DNA from: an uncultured Chloroflexia bacterium
Lineage (GTDB): Bacteria; Chloroflexota; Limnocylindria; Limnocylindrales; CSP1-4
DNA: 64,000 nucleotides
Assembly (NCBI GenBank): GCA_963714675.1
Contig: CAVQPG010000003.1
Coordinates: forward strand, 32,477-96,476
Reading direction: 5' to 3'
Shown: positions 48,689 to 58,406 of the stretch, piece by piece
How the letters are laid out: every line of letters starts with the position of its first letter
Numbering within the stretch: the first letter of the stretch is position 1
Program-made: the position numbers and the translations under genes
The notes under the pieces: generated by a model
The model's database searches: none
Told to the model about the DNA's origin: nothing
Seen by the model: the letters and a program-made list of their open reading frames with translations, nothing else

Positions 48689-48805
48689 CAACGCGAGCGC
48701 GCGCGATAGCGACGCGAGGCCCATGATGGGCCGGACGAGCGCGGCTCACCGCTCACCGGTCGCGGGCCCATCGACGCCTGCCCATGAAGCAAGGAACGAA
48801 TAGAG

Positions 48806-49601
48806 ATGTCATCGCTCATCGCTGAGTTCGCTCAGATCGACCGAGGGCCAGGAGCCCATCGTGGCCACGGCCATCCACGACGGACACGGACTGCGGCCGG
48901 AGGTCAAGGACCTGATGGCGCTCGAGGAGTCGAACCGACTCCGCGAGGAGGATCCGTTCACCGGCATCTGGACCAGCGTGGTCACGACGCAGATGGTGGC
49001 CCTGCGGTCACGCTTCGAGGTCGATCTCAACCGTCCACGCGAAGGCGCGATCTACCGCACGCCTGCTGATGCCTGGGGTCTGCAGGTCTGGCGCGAGGAG
49101 CTGCCTGCCGACGTCATCGAGCGGTCGCTCGAGGAGTACGACGCGTTCTACGCCGAGGCGGAACGGATCTGCTCCGAGCTGGAGCGACGGTATGGGCGCT
49201 TCGTGGTGCTCGACCTGCACACCTACAACTACCGTAGGGGTGGCCCGGATGCGCCTCCGGAGGACCCCAAGGCCAACCCGGAGGTCAATGTCGGCACCGC
49301 CTCGCTCGACCGCGAGCGATGGGGCGGCCTGGTGGATCGATTCATGGGCGACCTGCGCGACCACGAGTTCCTGGGCCGCCATCTCGACGTGCGTGAGAAC
49401 GTCCGCTTCCAGGGTGGCTACCTGTCGCGCTGGGTCCACGAGCGCTACCCCGAATCCGGCTGCTGCCTGGCCATCGAGTTCAAGAAGTTCTTCATGGACG
49501 AGTGGACCGGCAAGCTCTCGCCCGAGGAATACGAGGCCATCCCGCAGGCACTCAAGGCCACGCTGCCCGGCCTGCTCGAGTCCCTCGGCCCTATCGAGTG
49601 A
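48806..49601 (+). CDS. N-formylglutamate amidohydrolase-family protein; 1-nt frameshift near 48846
   Basis: ATAIHDGH, REEDPFT, SRFEVDLNR, LDLHTYN, NVGT, F.GG and AIEFKK. Removing one G joins MSSLIAEFAQIDRG to QEPIVATAIH. Confidence 0.88.
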
Positions 49602-51562
49602 TACGCCCCGGTTCCGCTGTCGGCAGCGCTATCATCGCGCCGCCGACCGAGACGCTCGAGGCGGTCCCGTCTGACCGGGTGGTCGATGCCTTCGTCGAGG
49701 CTGCCTGCGAGCGTGTTCGCGAGGGCAAGCCGCTGCGCCGCAAGCTCAGCCCATGGGGCCGGGTGCACGTCGACCGGCCCCTGCCCTTCGTCATCGTCTA
49801 TCGCAAGCCCGTGCGGCGCGCCGACGATGGCACCGAATCGCTTATCGTGGGTGAAGCCTCCTACGTCATCGGCTTGGGTGCCCGCCGCGCACGAGCCGGC
49901 CTGGCCGCGCTGGTCGAGGGCATCGCCAAGGCCCAGGTGGAGAACTTCGGCTCGTTCCTCATCATCGAGCTGTGGTCCGCGCCCGATTCGGCCCTGCCCG
50001 TCGAGGACGACGCCTGGTCGCCCGGGTTCCGTATCCTGCGCGCGCGGCGAAGCAAGCTCTCGGCCACCATCTCGTCGCTCGAGAACGCGCTCAAGGAGGT
50101 GCGCGTGAAGGGCGCCTTCGCGACGGTCGAGACCCATACCGTGGCCAATATCCGCCCGCCGGGGCTGCCATCGATCATGACCGCCAGCCGCGCGGCCGCG
50201 CTCGGGGTCCATGTCATCGGACTGGAGCTCCAGCCGGCCTTCCGCAACCCCGGCGGGACCGAGGTCTACCCGCTGGTCCACCGCACGCTCCATCGCGGTA
50301 TCTCGCGCGCCTTGAAGCGCGCCGTCTATGACTTCACCCGGCTGCGTACGTCGCACAAGCCGCCGAACTACCTCGCGCTCGGTCGCCACAGCGTGGTCAA
50401 GGCCGTGTGGGACGTGGACCGACGCCTGGCCGGGGTCAGCAGTGCCTTCGATTTCATCCTGCAGGTGACCCCCACCAACGCGGACGCAGCCTGGGCGGAG
50501 TTCCGGCGCAGGCGCTTCGAGGTCGCGCCCGAGTTCACCTCGCGACCATTGCAGATGGATACGGCGCTGGCCAAGCGCGAGCTCTTCAGGATCCCCATCG
50601 AACGCGTCGAGGATCCGACCCTGGCCCAGCTGTTCCGCGAGCAGCAGGTCTCGCTCGACCGCAAGTTGACCATGCTCGGAGATCGCGGCCGCCGCGAGTT
50701 CCTCTACGGCAGCCTGCAGGTCTTCGGCGGCGTGGACGAGCCCTTGCTCAACCTCGCCTACGAGGTGCTCAACCGCGTGCCGTCCCGTACGCGTGGCGAG
50801 TCCAGCCGGGGGGCAGCAGACGCCAAGACGCTGGCCGCGCTGGCCAACAAGGAGCTGGAGTACTACCGGGCGCGATACCCCGACATGACGGGCGGCGTGG
50901 ACATCCGCAACGACGTGGTCGGCGCGATGGTCTCGCGTGGGCGGCTGCTCATCGGCGCGCGCATGAAGGTCCCGACCGCCCGCATCGAGGCCCTGCTGGC
51001 ACACGAGGTGGGCACCCATGTCGTGACCTACGTCAACGGCAAGTCCCAGCCGTTCCGCCAGCTGGCCATCGGCCTGCCCGAGTATGACGAGCTCCAGGAG
51101 GGCCTGGCGGTGTTCTCGGAGTACCTGGTCGGCGGTTTCAGCCGGCCCCGGGTCCGACTCCTGGCAGCTCGGGTCCTGGCCGTTCGCCGCATGCTGGACG
51201 GAGCCGACTTCGTCGAGGTCTTCCGTGAGCTCGACCGAGCCCACGACTTCGAGCAGCGCGTGGCCTTCGGCGTGACCATGCGCGTCTTCCGTGGTGGCGG
51301 ACTGACCAAGGATCTCGTCTATCTGCGAGGCCTCGTGCAGTTGCTGGCGTACCTGCGCGAGGGTGGATCGTTGGACACGCTCTTGGTGGGCAAGCTCGGA
51401 GCCAACCATGTGCCCATCATCGAGGAGTTACAGTGGCGCAAGATCCTGCGTCCCCCACCGCTTCGACCGCGGCATCTTGACGACCCCGAACCGCAAGCAC
51501 GATTACAGGCCGCCCGACAGGGCATGACCGTACTGGACCTGGTCAAGAAAGGAGCAAGATGA
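49598..51562 (+). CDS. DUF1704/'QEGLA motif' zincin metallopeptidase (MATCAP/TMCP-like)
   Basis: HEVGTH zinc motif, LQEGLA..SE, RVFRGG..TKD.VYL.G and GK. GTGA overlap with the upstream gene. Confidence 0.88.
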   Translation: MIRPGSAVGSAIIAPPTETLEAVPSDRVVDAFVEAACERVREGKPLRRKLSPWGRVHVDRPLPFVIVYRKPVRRADDGTESLIVGEASYVIGLGARRARAGLAALVEGIAKAQVENFGSFLIIELWSAPDSALPVEDDAWSPGFRILRARRSKLSATISSLENALKEVRVKGAFATVETHTVANIRPPGLPSIMTASRAAALGVHVIGLELQPAFRNPGGTEVYPLVHRTLHRGISRALKRAVYDFTRLRTSHKPPNYLALGRHSVVKAVWDVDRRLAGVSSAFDFILQVTPTNADAAWAEFRRRRFEVAPEFTSRPLQMDTALAKRELFRIPIERVEDPTLAQLFREQQVSLDRKLTMLGDRGRREFLYGSLQVFGGVDEPLLNLAYEVLNRVPSRTRGESSRGAADAKTLAALANKELEYYRARYPDMTGGVDIRNDVVGAMVSRGRLLIGARMKVPTARIEALLAHEVGTHVVTYVNGKSQPFRQLAIGLPEYDELQEGLAVFSEYLVGGFSRPRVRLLAARVLAVRRMLDGADFVEVFRELDRAHDFEQRVAFGVTMRVFRGGGLTKDLVYLRGLVQLLAYLREGGSLDTLLVGKLGANHVPIIEELQWRKILRPPPLRPRHLDDPEPQARLQAARQGMTVLDLVKKGAR

Positions 51563-52605
51563 AGATCGGCCTCATGGTCAACGACATCGCCACCGAAGAG
51601 CCGGGTTACACCACGACGCGCCTGGGCATGGCTGCCATCAACCGGGGCCACGAGGCCTGGGTCATCGGGGCCGGCGACTTCGCCTACGACGCGGACGAGA
51701 CCGTCCGGGCCCGCGCGACCTCAGCGCCGAAGAAGACGTACAAGTCCTCGGATACGTACGTCAACGACCTCAGGAGCAGGCGGGCAAAGCAGGAACGGAT
51801 CCACGTCGACGAGCTGGACGTGCTGCTCCTGCGCAACGACCCCTCGACCGACCAGGGTGCTCGAGCCTGGGCCCAGTCGTCGGGCATCATCTTCGGGCGC
51901 GTGGCCATGCGCACCGGCCTCATCGTGCTCAACGACCCCAATGGCCTGGCCAAGGCCATGAACAAGATGTACTTCCAGTTCTACCCCGAAGAGGTTCGGC
52001 CGCGCACGATCATCACGCGAGATCGCGACGAGATCAAGGCGTTCTGGAAGGAAGAGGGCGGTCAGATCGTGCTCAAGCCGCTGCAGGGCTCGGGCGGCTC
52101 CGGCGTGTTCCTCGTGCGCAAGGACGACGGGTCCAACCTGAACCAGATGGTCGACGCGGTGAGCCGCGACGGCTACGTCATCGCCCAGGAGTACCTGCCG
52201 GCAGCAGAGGAAGGCGACACCCGCTTGTTCCTCATGAACGGGCAGCCCCTGCGCTACCGCGGCAAGTACGCGGCCTTCCGACGCGTTCGCTCGGGCGACG
52301 ACATGCGCAGCAACATCCATGCCGGGGGCAAGCTGCGGGAGGCGGTCATCACCGATGCACATCTGCGCATCGCCGAGATCGTGCGTCCCAAGGTCGTCCA
52401 GGACGGCATGTTCCTGGTCGGTCTCGACATCGTCGGCGACAAGCTCATGGAGATCAACGTCTTCAGCCCGGGCGGGCTGGGCAGCGCGCAGCGCTTCGAG
52501 AAGGTCAACTTCGCTCACGCCGTCATCGAAGCCCTGGAGCGCAAGGTCGACTACATGAGCTTCTACCGCCGCAACTTCGACAACGTGGACATGGCCACGC
52601 TCTAG
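51559..52605 (+). CDS. gshB: Glutathione synthetase-like (GshB-family) ATP-grasp ligase
   Basis: LLRNDP, VLNDP.GL..A.NK.Y, LKPLQGSGG..VF, QEYLP..GD.R, RSNIHAGG and GLDIVGDKLMEINVFSP.G. ATGA overlap. Confidence 0.8.
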   Translation: MKIGLMVNDIATEEPGYTTTRLGMAAINRGHEAWVIGAGDFAYDADETVRARATSAPKKTYKSSDTYVNDLRSRRAKQERIHVDELDVLLLRNDPSTDQGARAWAQSSGIIFGRVAMRTGLIVLNDPNGLAKAMNKMYFQFYPEEVRPRTIITRDRDEIKAFWKEEGGQIVLKPLQGSGGSGVFLVRKDDGSNLNQMVDAVSRDGYVIAQEYLPAAEEGDTRLFLMNGQPLRYRGKYAAFRRVRSGDDMRSNIHAGGKLREAVITDAHLRIAEIVRPKVVQDGMFLVGLDIVGDKLMEINVFSPGGLGSAQRFEKVNFAHAVIEALERKVDYMSFYRRNFDNVDMATL

Positions 52606-52608
52606 GAC

Positions 52609-53487
52609 ATGCGCTTCGGGATCTGCATCCCCAACTTCCGGCCAGGTACCGACCCCGAGACGATGCTGGCCGCGACCCAGACGTCCGAACGGCTGGGCTG
52701 GCACTCGGCCTTCGCCACCGACCACGTCCTCGTCGACGGTGCGGAGCGCGGGAAGGACTACCGTCATATCTACGAGGCGCTCGCGAGCGTGGCCTGGCTG
52801 GCGGGGCAGACCACCTCGATCCGCCTGGGTATGAGCGTGCTGGTGGTGCCGATGCGGAACGCGCTCGTGCTGGCCAAGGAACTGGCCACCATCGACGCCC
52901 TCTCCGGGGGCCGGCTCATCGCCGGGGTCGGCATCGGCTGGAACCGTGTCGAGTTCGAGAGCCTGGGCGTGGGCGACCGGTTCGCCCATCGTGGCGTGTA
53001 CCTGGAGGAGACCATCGCCCTCTGGCGTCATCTCTGGGCCGGAGGTGAGGGACCGTACGACGGTCGGTTCGACAGCTTCGAGGAGGCCTACTTCTCCCCG
53101 CTCCCGCCACAGGGCGCCGACCTGCCCATCTGGATCGGGGCCACGGCTGAGCCGGCACTGATCCGCAGCGGACGGATCGCGGACGGCTACCACGCCACCG
53201 GTGCCGATGCTGCGACCATGCGCGAACGTGTGCGGGTGGTGGGCGAGGCAGCGACCGCCGCAGGTCGGCCCATGCCTACCGTCTCGGCTCGCCTGCGTGT
53301 CGACTTCGCCGGCAAGCGCAAGGGCCCCTCGATCCTCAGCGGCACGCCCGCCGAGATGGGGGCCGCCGTCCGCGACTTCGCAACGGCTGGCACCGACCAC
53401 CTGGCGCTCGACTTCGGCGAAACCGATCCGGATATGGCAGCCAGGGCCATCGAGCGCTTCGACCGCGAGGTCCTGCCTGCGATCTAG
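52609..53487 (+). CDS. LLM-class F420-dependent oxidoreductase (Rv2161c-like)
   Basis: TDHV, LAKELATIDALSGGR..GVGIGW..EF and PIWIG. Confidence 0.88.
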   Translation: MRFGICIPNFRPGTDPETMLAATQTSERLGWHSAFATDHVLVDGAERGKDYRHIYEALASVAWLAGQTTSIRLGMSVLVVPMRNALVLAKELATIDALSGGRLIAGVGIGWNRVEFESLGVGDRFAHRGVYLEETIALWRHLWAGGEGPYDGRFDSFEEAYFSPLPPQGADLPIWIGATAEPALIRSGRIADGYHATGADAATMRERVRVVGEAATAAGRPMPTVSARLRVDFAGKRKGPSILSGTPAEMGAAVRDFATAGTDHLALDFGETDPDMAARAIERFDREVLPAI

Positions 53488-53527
53488 CGGGCTCGCATGC
53501 CGGTCGTGCTCCGCCACCTGCCTGTCA

Positions 53528-53710
53528 GGCACGTAGGCACGTGGCTGCCGGGCACGTAAGCACAGGCCGCCGGGCACCTAAGCACAAGGCTGCCGGGCGC
53601 GGAGGCACGAGGCTGCCGGGCGCGGAGGCACGAGGCTGCCGGGCACGTAGGCACGTGGCTGCCGGGCACGTAGGCACTTGCCCCCCAGGCACGTATCGCA
53701 CGTGCTAGAC
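53528..53710. repeat. About 8 degenerate tandem 23-bp repeats, consensus GGCACGTAGGCACGNGGCTGCCG
   Basis: Units start at 53528, 53551, 53573, 53596, 53619, 53642, 53665 and 53688. No spacers. Confidence 0.85.
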
Positions 53711-53801
53711 GAACCAGAGCGCACTGCCATGCGTGTCAGTCATGTCTCCGGTGCTGAGGGCAGGTCCTATGACTGCGAAGCACGAGGAAGACCGAACCGG
53801 T

Positions 53802-53826
53802 CCCGGCACGTCCACTACGTGCCGGG
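53802..53826. other. Perfect 10-bp hairpin; its left arm and loop are repeated at 53863-53877
   Basis: CCCGGCACGT-ccact-ACGTGCCGGG; second copy CCCGGCACGTCCACT. Confidence 0.7.
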
Positions 53827-53955
53827 CAGACAAGTCCGCGGCCAAGGTGCGGCGGCGCACGCCCCGGCACGTCCACTCGCGCCTGCCACGTTCGCAACGG
53901 CGGTCGCCGTACACTGCGGGAGGCCGGCGACGACGGGTAGCGAACGGAGGGGTCG

Positions 53956-56412
53956 ATGAGGTTCGGACGGTTCGATGACGCACGGCGGGAATATGTCATC
54001 ACGCGGCCGGACACGCCCCTGCCCTGGATCAACTATCTCGGCTCGGAAGACTATCTCGGGCTCATCTCCAACACCGCCGGGGGCTACTCGTTCTACCAGG
54101 ACGCGCGCCTTCGCCGCCTGACCCGCTACCGCTACAACAACGCCCCCCTCGATATCGGCGGCCGCTACGTCTACGTACGTGACGACGACTCCGGTGTCTA
54201 CTGGAGTCCCAGCTGGCAACCAGTGGGCCGCGAGGTGGACGACTACGAGTGCCGACACGGTATGGGCTACACCACGATCGGCTCAGGCACCGCGGGAATC
54301 CACACCGAGACCACGTACTTCGTGCCGGTCGGCGAGAACCTCGAGGTCTGGCGCTCCCGAGTGACCAACGAGCGCCGAGCCGCGGCCAGCCTCTCGCTCT
54401 TCAGCGCGATCGAATGGTGCCTCTGGGACGCCAACGACGATGCCACCAACTTCCAGCGCAACTACTCCATCGGCGAGGTCGAGGTCGAAGACGGCGTGAT
54501 CTTCCACAAGACCGAGTACCGCGAACGCCGGGACCACTTCGCCTGGTTCGCCTGCAGCGAGGAGCTCGCCGGCTTCGACACCGGGCGCGACGACTTCCTG
54601 GGTCCATACCGAGGCTGGGACCGCCCCCTCGCGGTGGCAGAGGGACGTGCCCGTGACTCCATCGCCCACGGCTGGCAGCCCATCGGCTCGCATCACGTCC
54701 GTTTCGAGCTGGCGCCGGGCGAGACGCGCGAGCTGATCTTCGTCCTTGGCTACGCCGAGAACCCGGCCGCCGCCAAGTTCGACCCGCCGGGATCGCAGAC
54801 CATCGACAAGACACGCGTTCGGCCGCTGATCGCGAAGTACACCTCCAGCAGTGCTGTCGAGGAAGCTCTCGCGGACCTCCGCGGGCACTGGGACGAGCTG
54901 CTCGGCAGGTTCCAGGCGCAGACCCCCAACGAGCACCTCGATCGCATGGTCAACACCTGGAACGCCTACCAGTGCATGGTCACCTTCAACCTCAGTCGCT
55001 CGGCCTCGATGTTCGAGTCGGGCATCGGCCGGGGCATGGGCTTCCGCGACTCCAACCAGGACCTGCTCGGCTTCGTGCACATGATCCCCGAGCGTGCTCG
55101 GCAGCGGATCCTCGACATCAGCGCGACCCAGCTGCCCTCCGGTGGCGCCTACCACCAGTACCAGCCGCTGACCAAACGCGGCAATGACGCGGTCGGCAGC
55201 GGCTTCAACGACGATCCCGCCTGGCTGGTCCTCGGCGTGGCCGCCTATCTGCGAGAGACAGGCGACACGTCCATCCTCGATGAGCCGGTTCCGTTCGACA
55301 ACGAGCCAGGCTCGGAAGCGCCGCTGTACCAGCATCTCGTGCGTGCGATCGAGTACACGCTCGACCGCCTGGGCCCCCATGGGCTGCCGCTCATCGGCCG
55401 GGCCGACTGGAACGACTGTCTCAACCTCAACTGCTTCAGTGAGACCCCCGGCGAGGCCTTCCAGACCACCGAGAACAAGGCGGGGGGCGTGGCCGAATCG
55501 GTCTTCATCGCCGCACTCTTCACGCTGGCCGTACAGGAGATGCGGGAGATCGCCGCGTTGCGGCGCGACAGCGTCTTCGGGCTGCGCTGCGGCCAGGCCC
55601 ACGATGACATGGTGGCCGCGGTCGATGCCCACGGCTGGGACGGGGCCTGGTTCCGCCGCGCCTACGACTTCTACGGGAACGTGATCGGCTCCGCGGAGAA
55701 CCAGGAGGGCCAGATCTTCATCGAACCGCAGGGCATCGCCATCATGGCCGGGCTCGGCACCGGCGATGGACGCGCGGAAACGACCCTCGCCTCTGTCCGC
55801 GAACGCCTGGCCACCGAGCACGGACTCGTGCTCCTGCAGCCGGCGTTCAGCCGCTACTACCCCGAGCTCGGCGAGATCTCCTCGTACCCGCCCGGCTACA
55901 AGGAGAACGGGGGCATCTTCTGTCACACCAACCCCTGGCTGATGCTGGCCGAGGCGACCGTGGGCAACGGGGACGGCGCGCTCGACTACTACCTGCGCAT
56001 CAACCCTTCGGCACGCGAGGATATCTCCGAGATCCATCGCTGCGAGCCCTACGTCTATGCCCAGATGATCGCGGGCATGGACGCTCCGAAACACGGCGAG
56101 GCCAAGAATTCATGGCTGACTGGCACCGCCGCCTGGAATTTCGTGGCAGCCACACAGGGCATCCTCGGCATCCGGCCCGAGCACGACGGCTTGCGCGTAG
56201 ATCCGGCGCTCCCGGCCGACTGGGATGGGTTCGGCGTCACCCGCCGCTTCCGGGGCACGACCTACCGCATCACCGTCGAGAAGCCGGTCGGCGCGACGGG
56301 ACGGGTGACCGCGCTCGAGGTCGACGGGACGATGGTCTCGGGCAACCTGATCCCGCTGCCGTCCCGGGCGGGCCGTATCGTCGAGGTCAGGGCACGCATC
56401 GGGGGTGACTGA
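53956..56412 (+). CDS. GH94 glycoside phosphorylase, cellobiose phosphorylase-like
   Basis: MRFGRFDD..REYVI..P.TP.PWINYLG, RLTRYRYN, GRGMGFRDSNQD, ADWNDCLNL (catalytic Asp), KENGGIFCH and NSWLTGTA. Confidence 0.92.
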   Translation: MRFGRFDDARREYVITRPDTPLPWINYLGSEDYLGLISNTAGGYSFYQDARLRRLTRYRYNNAPLDIGGRYVYVRDDDSGVYWSPSWQPVGREVDDYECRHGMGYTTIGSGTAGIHTETTYFVPVGENLEVWRSRVTNERRAAASLSLFSAIEWCLWDANDDATNFQRNYSIGEVEVEDGVIFHKTEYRERRDHFAWFACSEELAGFDTGRDDFLGPYRGWDRPLAVAEGRARDSIAHGWQPIGSHHVRFELAPGETRELIFVLGYAENPAAAKFDPPGSQTIDKTRVRPLIAKYTSSSAVEEALADLRGHWDELLGRFQAQTPNEHLDRMVNTWNAYQCMVTFNLSRSASMFESGIGRGMGFRDSNQDLLGFVHMIPERARQRILDISATQLPSGGAYHQYQPLTKRGNDAVGSGFNDDPAWLVLGVAAYLRETGDTSILDEPVPFDNEPGSEAPLYQHLVRAIEYTLDRLGPHGLPLIGRADWNDCLNLNCFSETPGEAFQTTENKAGGVAESVFIAALFTLAVQEMREIAALRRDSVFGLRCGQAHDDMVAAVDAHGWDGAWFRRAYDFYGNVIGSAENQEGQIFIEPQGIAIMAGLGTGDGRAETTLASVRERLATEHGLVLLQPAFSRYYPELGEISSYPPGYKENGGIFCHTNPWLMLAEATVGNGDGALDYYLRINPSAREDISEIHRCEPYVYAQMIAGMDAPKHGEAKNSWLTGTAAWNFVAATQGILGIRPEHDGLRVDPALPADWDGFGVTRRFRGTTYRITVEKPVGATGRVTALEVDGTMVSGNLIPLPSRAGRIVEVRARIGGD

Positions 56413-56536
56413 GATCCTCTCGCGGCGACGCGCACCATCCGACTGAGGCTGCCAGCAGCTCGTCGGTGACGCGTCGATGCGGGTCACGATGGCCGGGTCT
56501 GCCGGATACCATCGAGGGAAACAGGAGGGGAGCCGC

Positions 56537-57115
56537 GTGTCACAGAACCAGGGTTGGGGACAGCCGCCAGGACAGGCACCGTACGGGCAGCGGCCACCCG
56601 ACCAACCCGGCTGGTCACAGCCGCCCCCAAGCGGGCCGCCTGGCCAGCTGCCGCCACAGTGGTCGCCACCTCCGCAAGCCGGCCCGAGTGGCCCCACCAA
56701 GTACTGCGCAACCTGTGGCTCGGTCATCGACGCACGGGCCGTGGACTGTCCGCGCTGCGGCGCGCGTCAGCCCGATGTCGTCTACCAGGAGCCCAAGAAC
56801 CGGCCGATCGCCATCCTGCTGGCGCTGCTCCTGGGCAGCTTCGGTATCCACCGGTTCTATGTCGGCCCCATCGCGTGGGGCATCGCCTATCTCGTCTTCT
56901 TCTGGACAGGGATCCCCGGGCTCCTTGCCTGGCTGGAGGCCATCTACTGGCTCACCCGCAGCGACGTCGAGTGGGCACAGAAGTACGGCGGGCCGGCCAC
57001 GGAGGCCAACGGCTGCGCCATCGGCTGCCTGTGGGCGCTGGCGGTACTACCGCTGATCGGCCTCATCCTCACCGGCGCGGTGATCCTGCTGGCCATCCCG
57101 GTCGCCGTCCTCTAG
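56537..57115 (+). CDS. TM2 (NINE) domain membrane protein with Pro/Gln-rich N-terminus and zinc ribbon
   Basis: KYCATCG..CPRCG; AILLALLLGSFGIHRFYVG; AGGAGG RBS. Confidence 0.88.
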   Translation: MSQNQGWGQPPGQAPYGQRPPDQPGWSQPPPSGPPGQLPPQWSPPPQAGPSGPTKYCATCGSVIDARAVDCPRCGARQPDVVYQEPKNRPIAILLALLLGSFGIHRFYVGPIAWGIAYLVFFWTGIPGLLAWLEAIYWLTRSDVEWAQKYGGPATEANGCAIGCLWALAVLPLIGLILTGAVILLAIPVAVL

Positions 57116-57134
57116 GCCGACGCCGGCACGTCGG

Positions 57135-58406
57135 TCAGGCGCTGGCTGCCGGGAACCCGTCCTGGCGCCAGCGTTCGAGGCGCTCACGCCCCTCGGCCAC
57201 GGCCTCGATGACCAGGCCCACCTCGTCGGGATCGAGGCCATCGGGCCAGCCGGCGCGAAGCAGGTCGGCGTCGTAGCCGTGGTCGGCACCGCCGGCGCGC
57301 AGGACATCGAGGCCTGCCGCCACGCCCATGGCATAGCGCGGCGTCGGTACGTCCTCCGCCAGGCCCAGCCGGACCAGTCCGACCAGCCGATCATCCCAGC
57401 CCAGCTTGCGACGCGGGTCGCGGGCGGCACGCTCGATGGTGTCGGCAAGATGCGGGTTGACCATCCGCTCGAGCAAGTCATCGGCGAAGGCGTCGAAGCC
57501 GTGCTCGGTGAAGAGCTCGTCGGCGCCCACCCAGCGACGACGGAGCGTGGCGCCTGACTCCTCGAGGAAGGCCGAGCGCAGGAAGCCCATCGCGCCCGCG
57601 ACCTCGCGCAGGTCGGCCACCAGCGTCAGCCCCAGCAGCGAGCCCAGGAAACCAGCCAGGGCGTGGGTCGCGTTGTGGCCCAGGAGCTTGGCATCCTCGA
57701 ACGGCGCAAGGTCATCGACCTCGCGCAGCACTGGCATCCCCGGATGGTGCCCCGGGCCGACGCGCGAGATGAGGATGCGATCGAACGCCTCGACGAGGAA
57801 GGCCGCCCGCAAAGCGGGGGTGATGGCGGCGAGGCCGTGCCCTTGCAGCTCGGACTCATCGGTGATGACGCCGCTCATCTTGCCGATGACGGTGTCCACA
57901 TAGCGGCCCCGACCACGCACCGCGTCGCGCTCCCCGAACGGCACCGCCTCCAGCACAGCCGCCTCGAGGAGCGCTGCGGCAGAACGGTGGTTCTCGGCAC
58001 AGAAGATGATCAGCGGGTCGGTGCGGGTCCGCCGACGCAACCCCTCTGCGAGTAGACGATGGGGACTGTTGGCGTCATCGGTCCGGTAGAAAGCGACCGA
58101 CGGCAATGCGGAGGCGAACTCGTCAGCACCAGCGATGGCCTCGACGATCAGGTCTGCCTCGGAGGCCACCGTCGAGTCGGCGACGTTCACCGGCCCGACG
58201 TCCACCACATCCACCCGATCGCTTCGGGCGATGTTGATCCGGAAGTGCCCGCCGTCAGCGCGCAGACCAGCCACCAGGTCGGCCCGCACGTCGATGACCA
58301 GCGGTGGCGAGTAGTCATCGGTGCGATATGCCTCGTAGACGAAGAGGCCCGCTTGGATCGCGCCGAAGCCCAGGCCCACGAGTCGTCGCGAGCCGCTGAA
58401 GGTCAC
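57135..58406 (-). CDS. Mannitol-1-phosphate dehydrogenase-like (polyol-phosphate dehydrogenase)
   Basis: GFGAIQAGL, CAENH, DTVIGKM, KLLGHNATHA and RMVNP.L.D..ER..RDP.RKL..DRL. Confidence 0.82.
   Translation of the reverse strand: MTFSGSRRLVGLGFGAIQAGLFVYEAYRTDDYSPPLVIDVRADLVAGLRADGGHFRINIARSDRVDVVDVGPVNVADSTVASEADLIVEAIAGADEFASALPSVAFYRTDDANSPHRLLAEGLRRRTRTDPLIIFCAENHRSAAALLEAAVLEAVPFGERDAVRGRGRYVDTVIGKMSGVITDESELQGHGLAAITPALRAAFLVEAFDRILISRVGPGHHPGMPVLREVDDLAPFEDAKLLGHNATHALAGFLGSLLGLTLVADLREVAGAMGFLRSAFLEESGATLRRRWVGADELFTEHGFDAFADDLLERMVNPHLADTIERAARDPRRKLGWDDRLVGLVRLGLAEDVPTPRYAMGVAAGLDVLRAGGADHGYDADLLRAGWPDGLDPDEVGLVIEAVAEGRERLERWRQDGFPAASA

Noticed and set aside
53528-53710. Possible CRISPR array
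   Set aside because: The repeats are head-to-tail with no unique spacers, they are degenerate, and no cas genes are in the window.
24365-56094. Many long antisense ORFs (e.g. 24365..26260, 38402..39919, 39946..41526, 49445..51409, 51721..53577, 54283..56094)
   Set aside because: These are shadow ORFs expected from high-GC codon bias opposite well-supported genes, and they carry no recognisable motifs.
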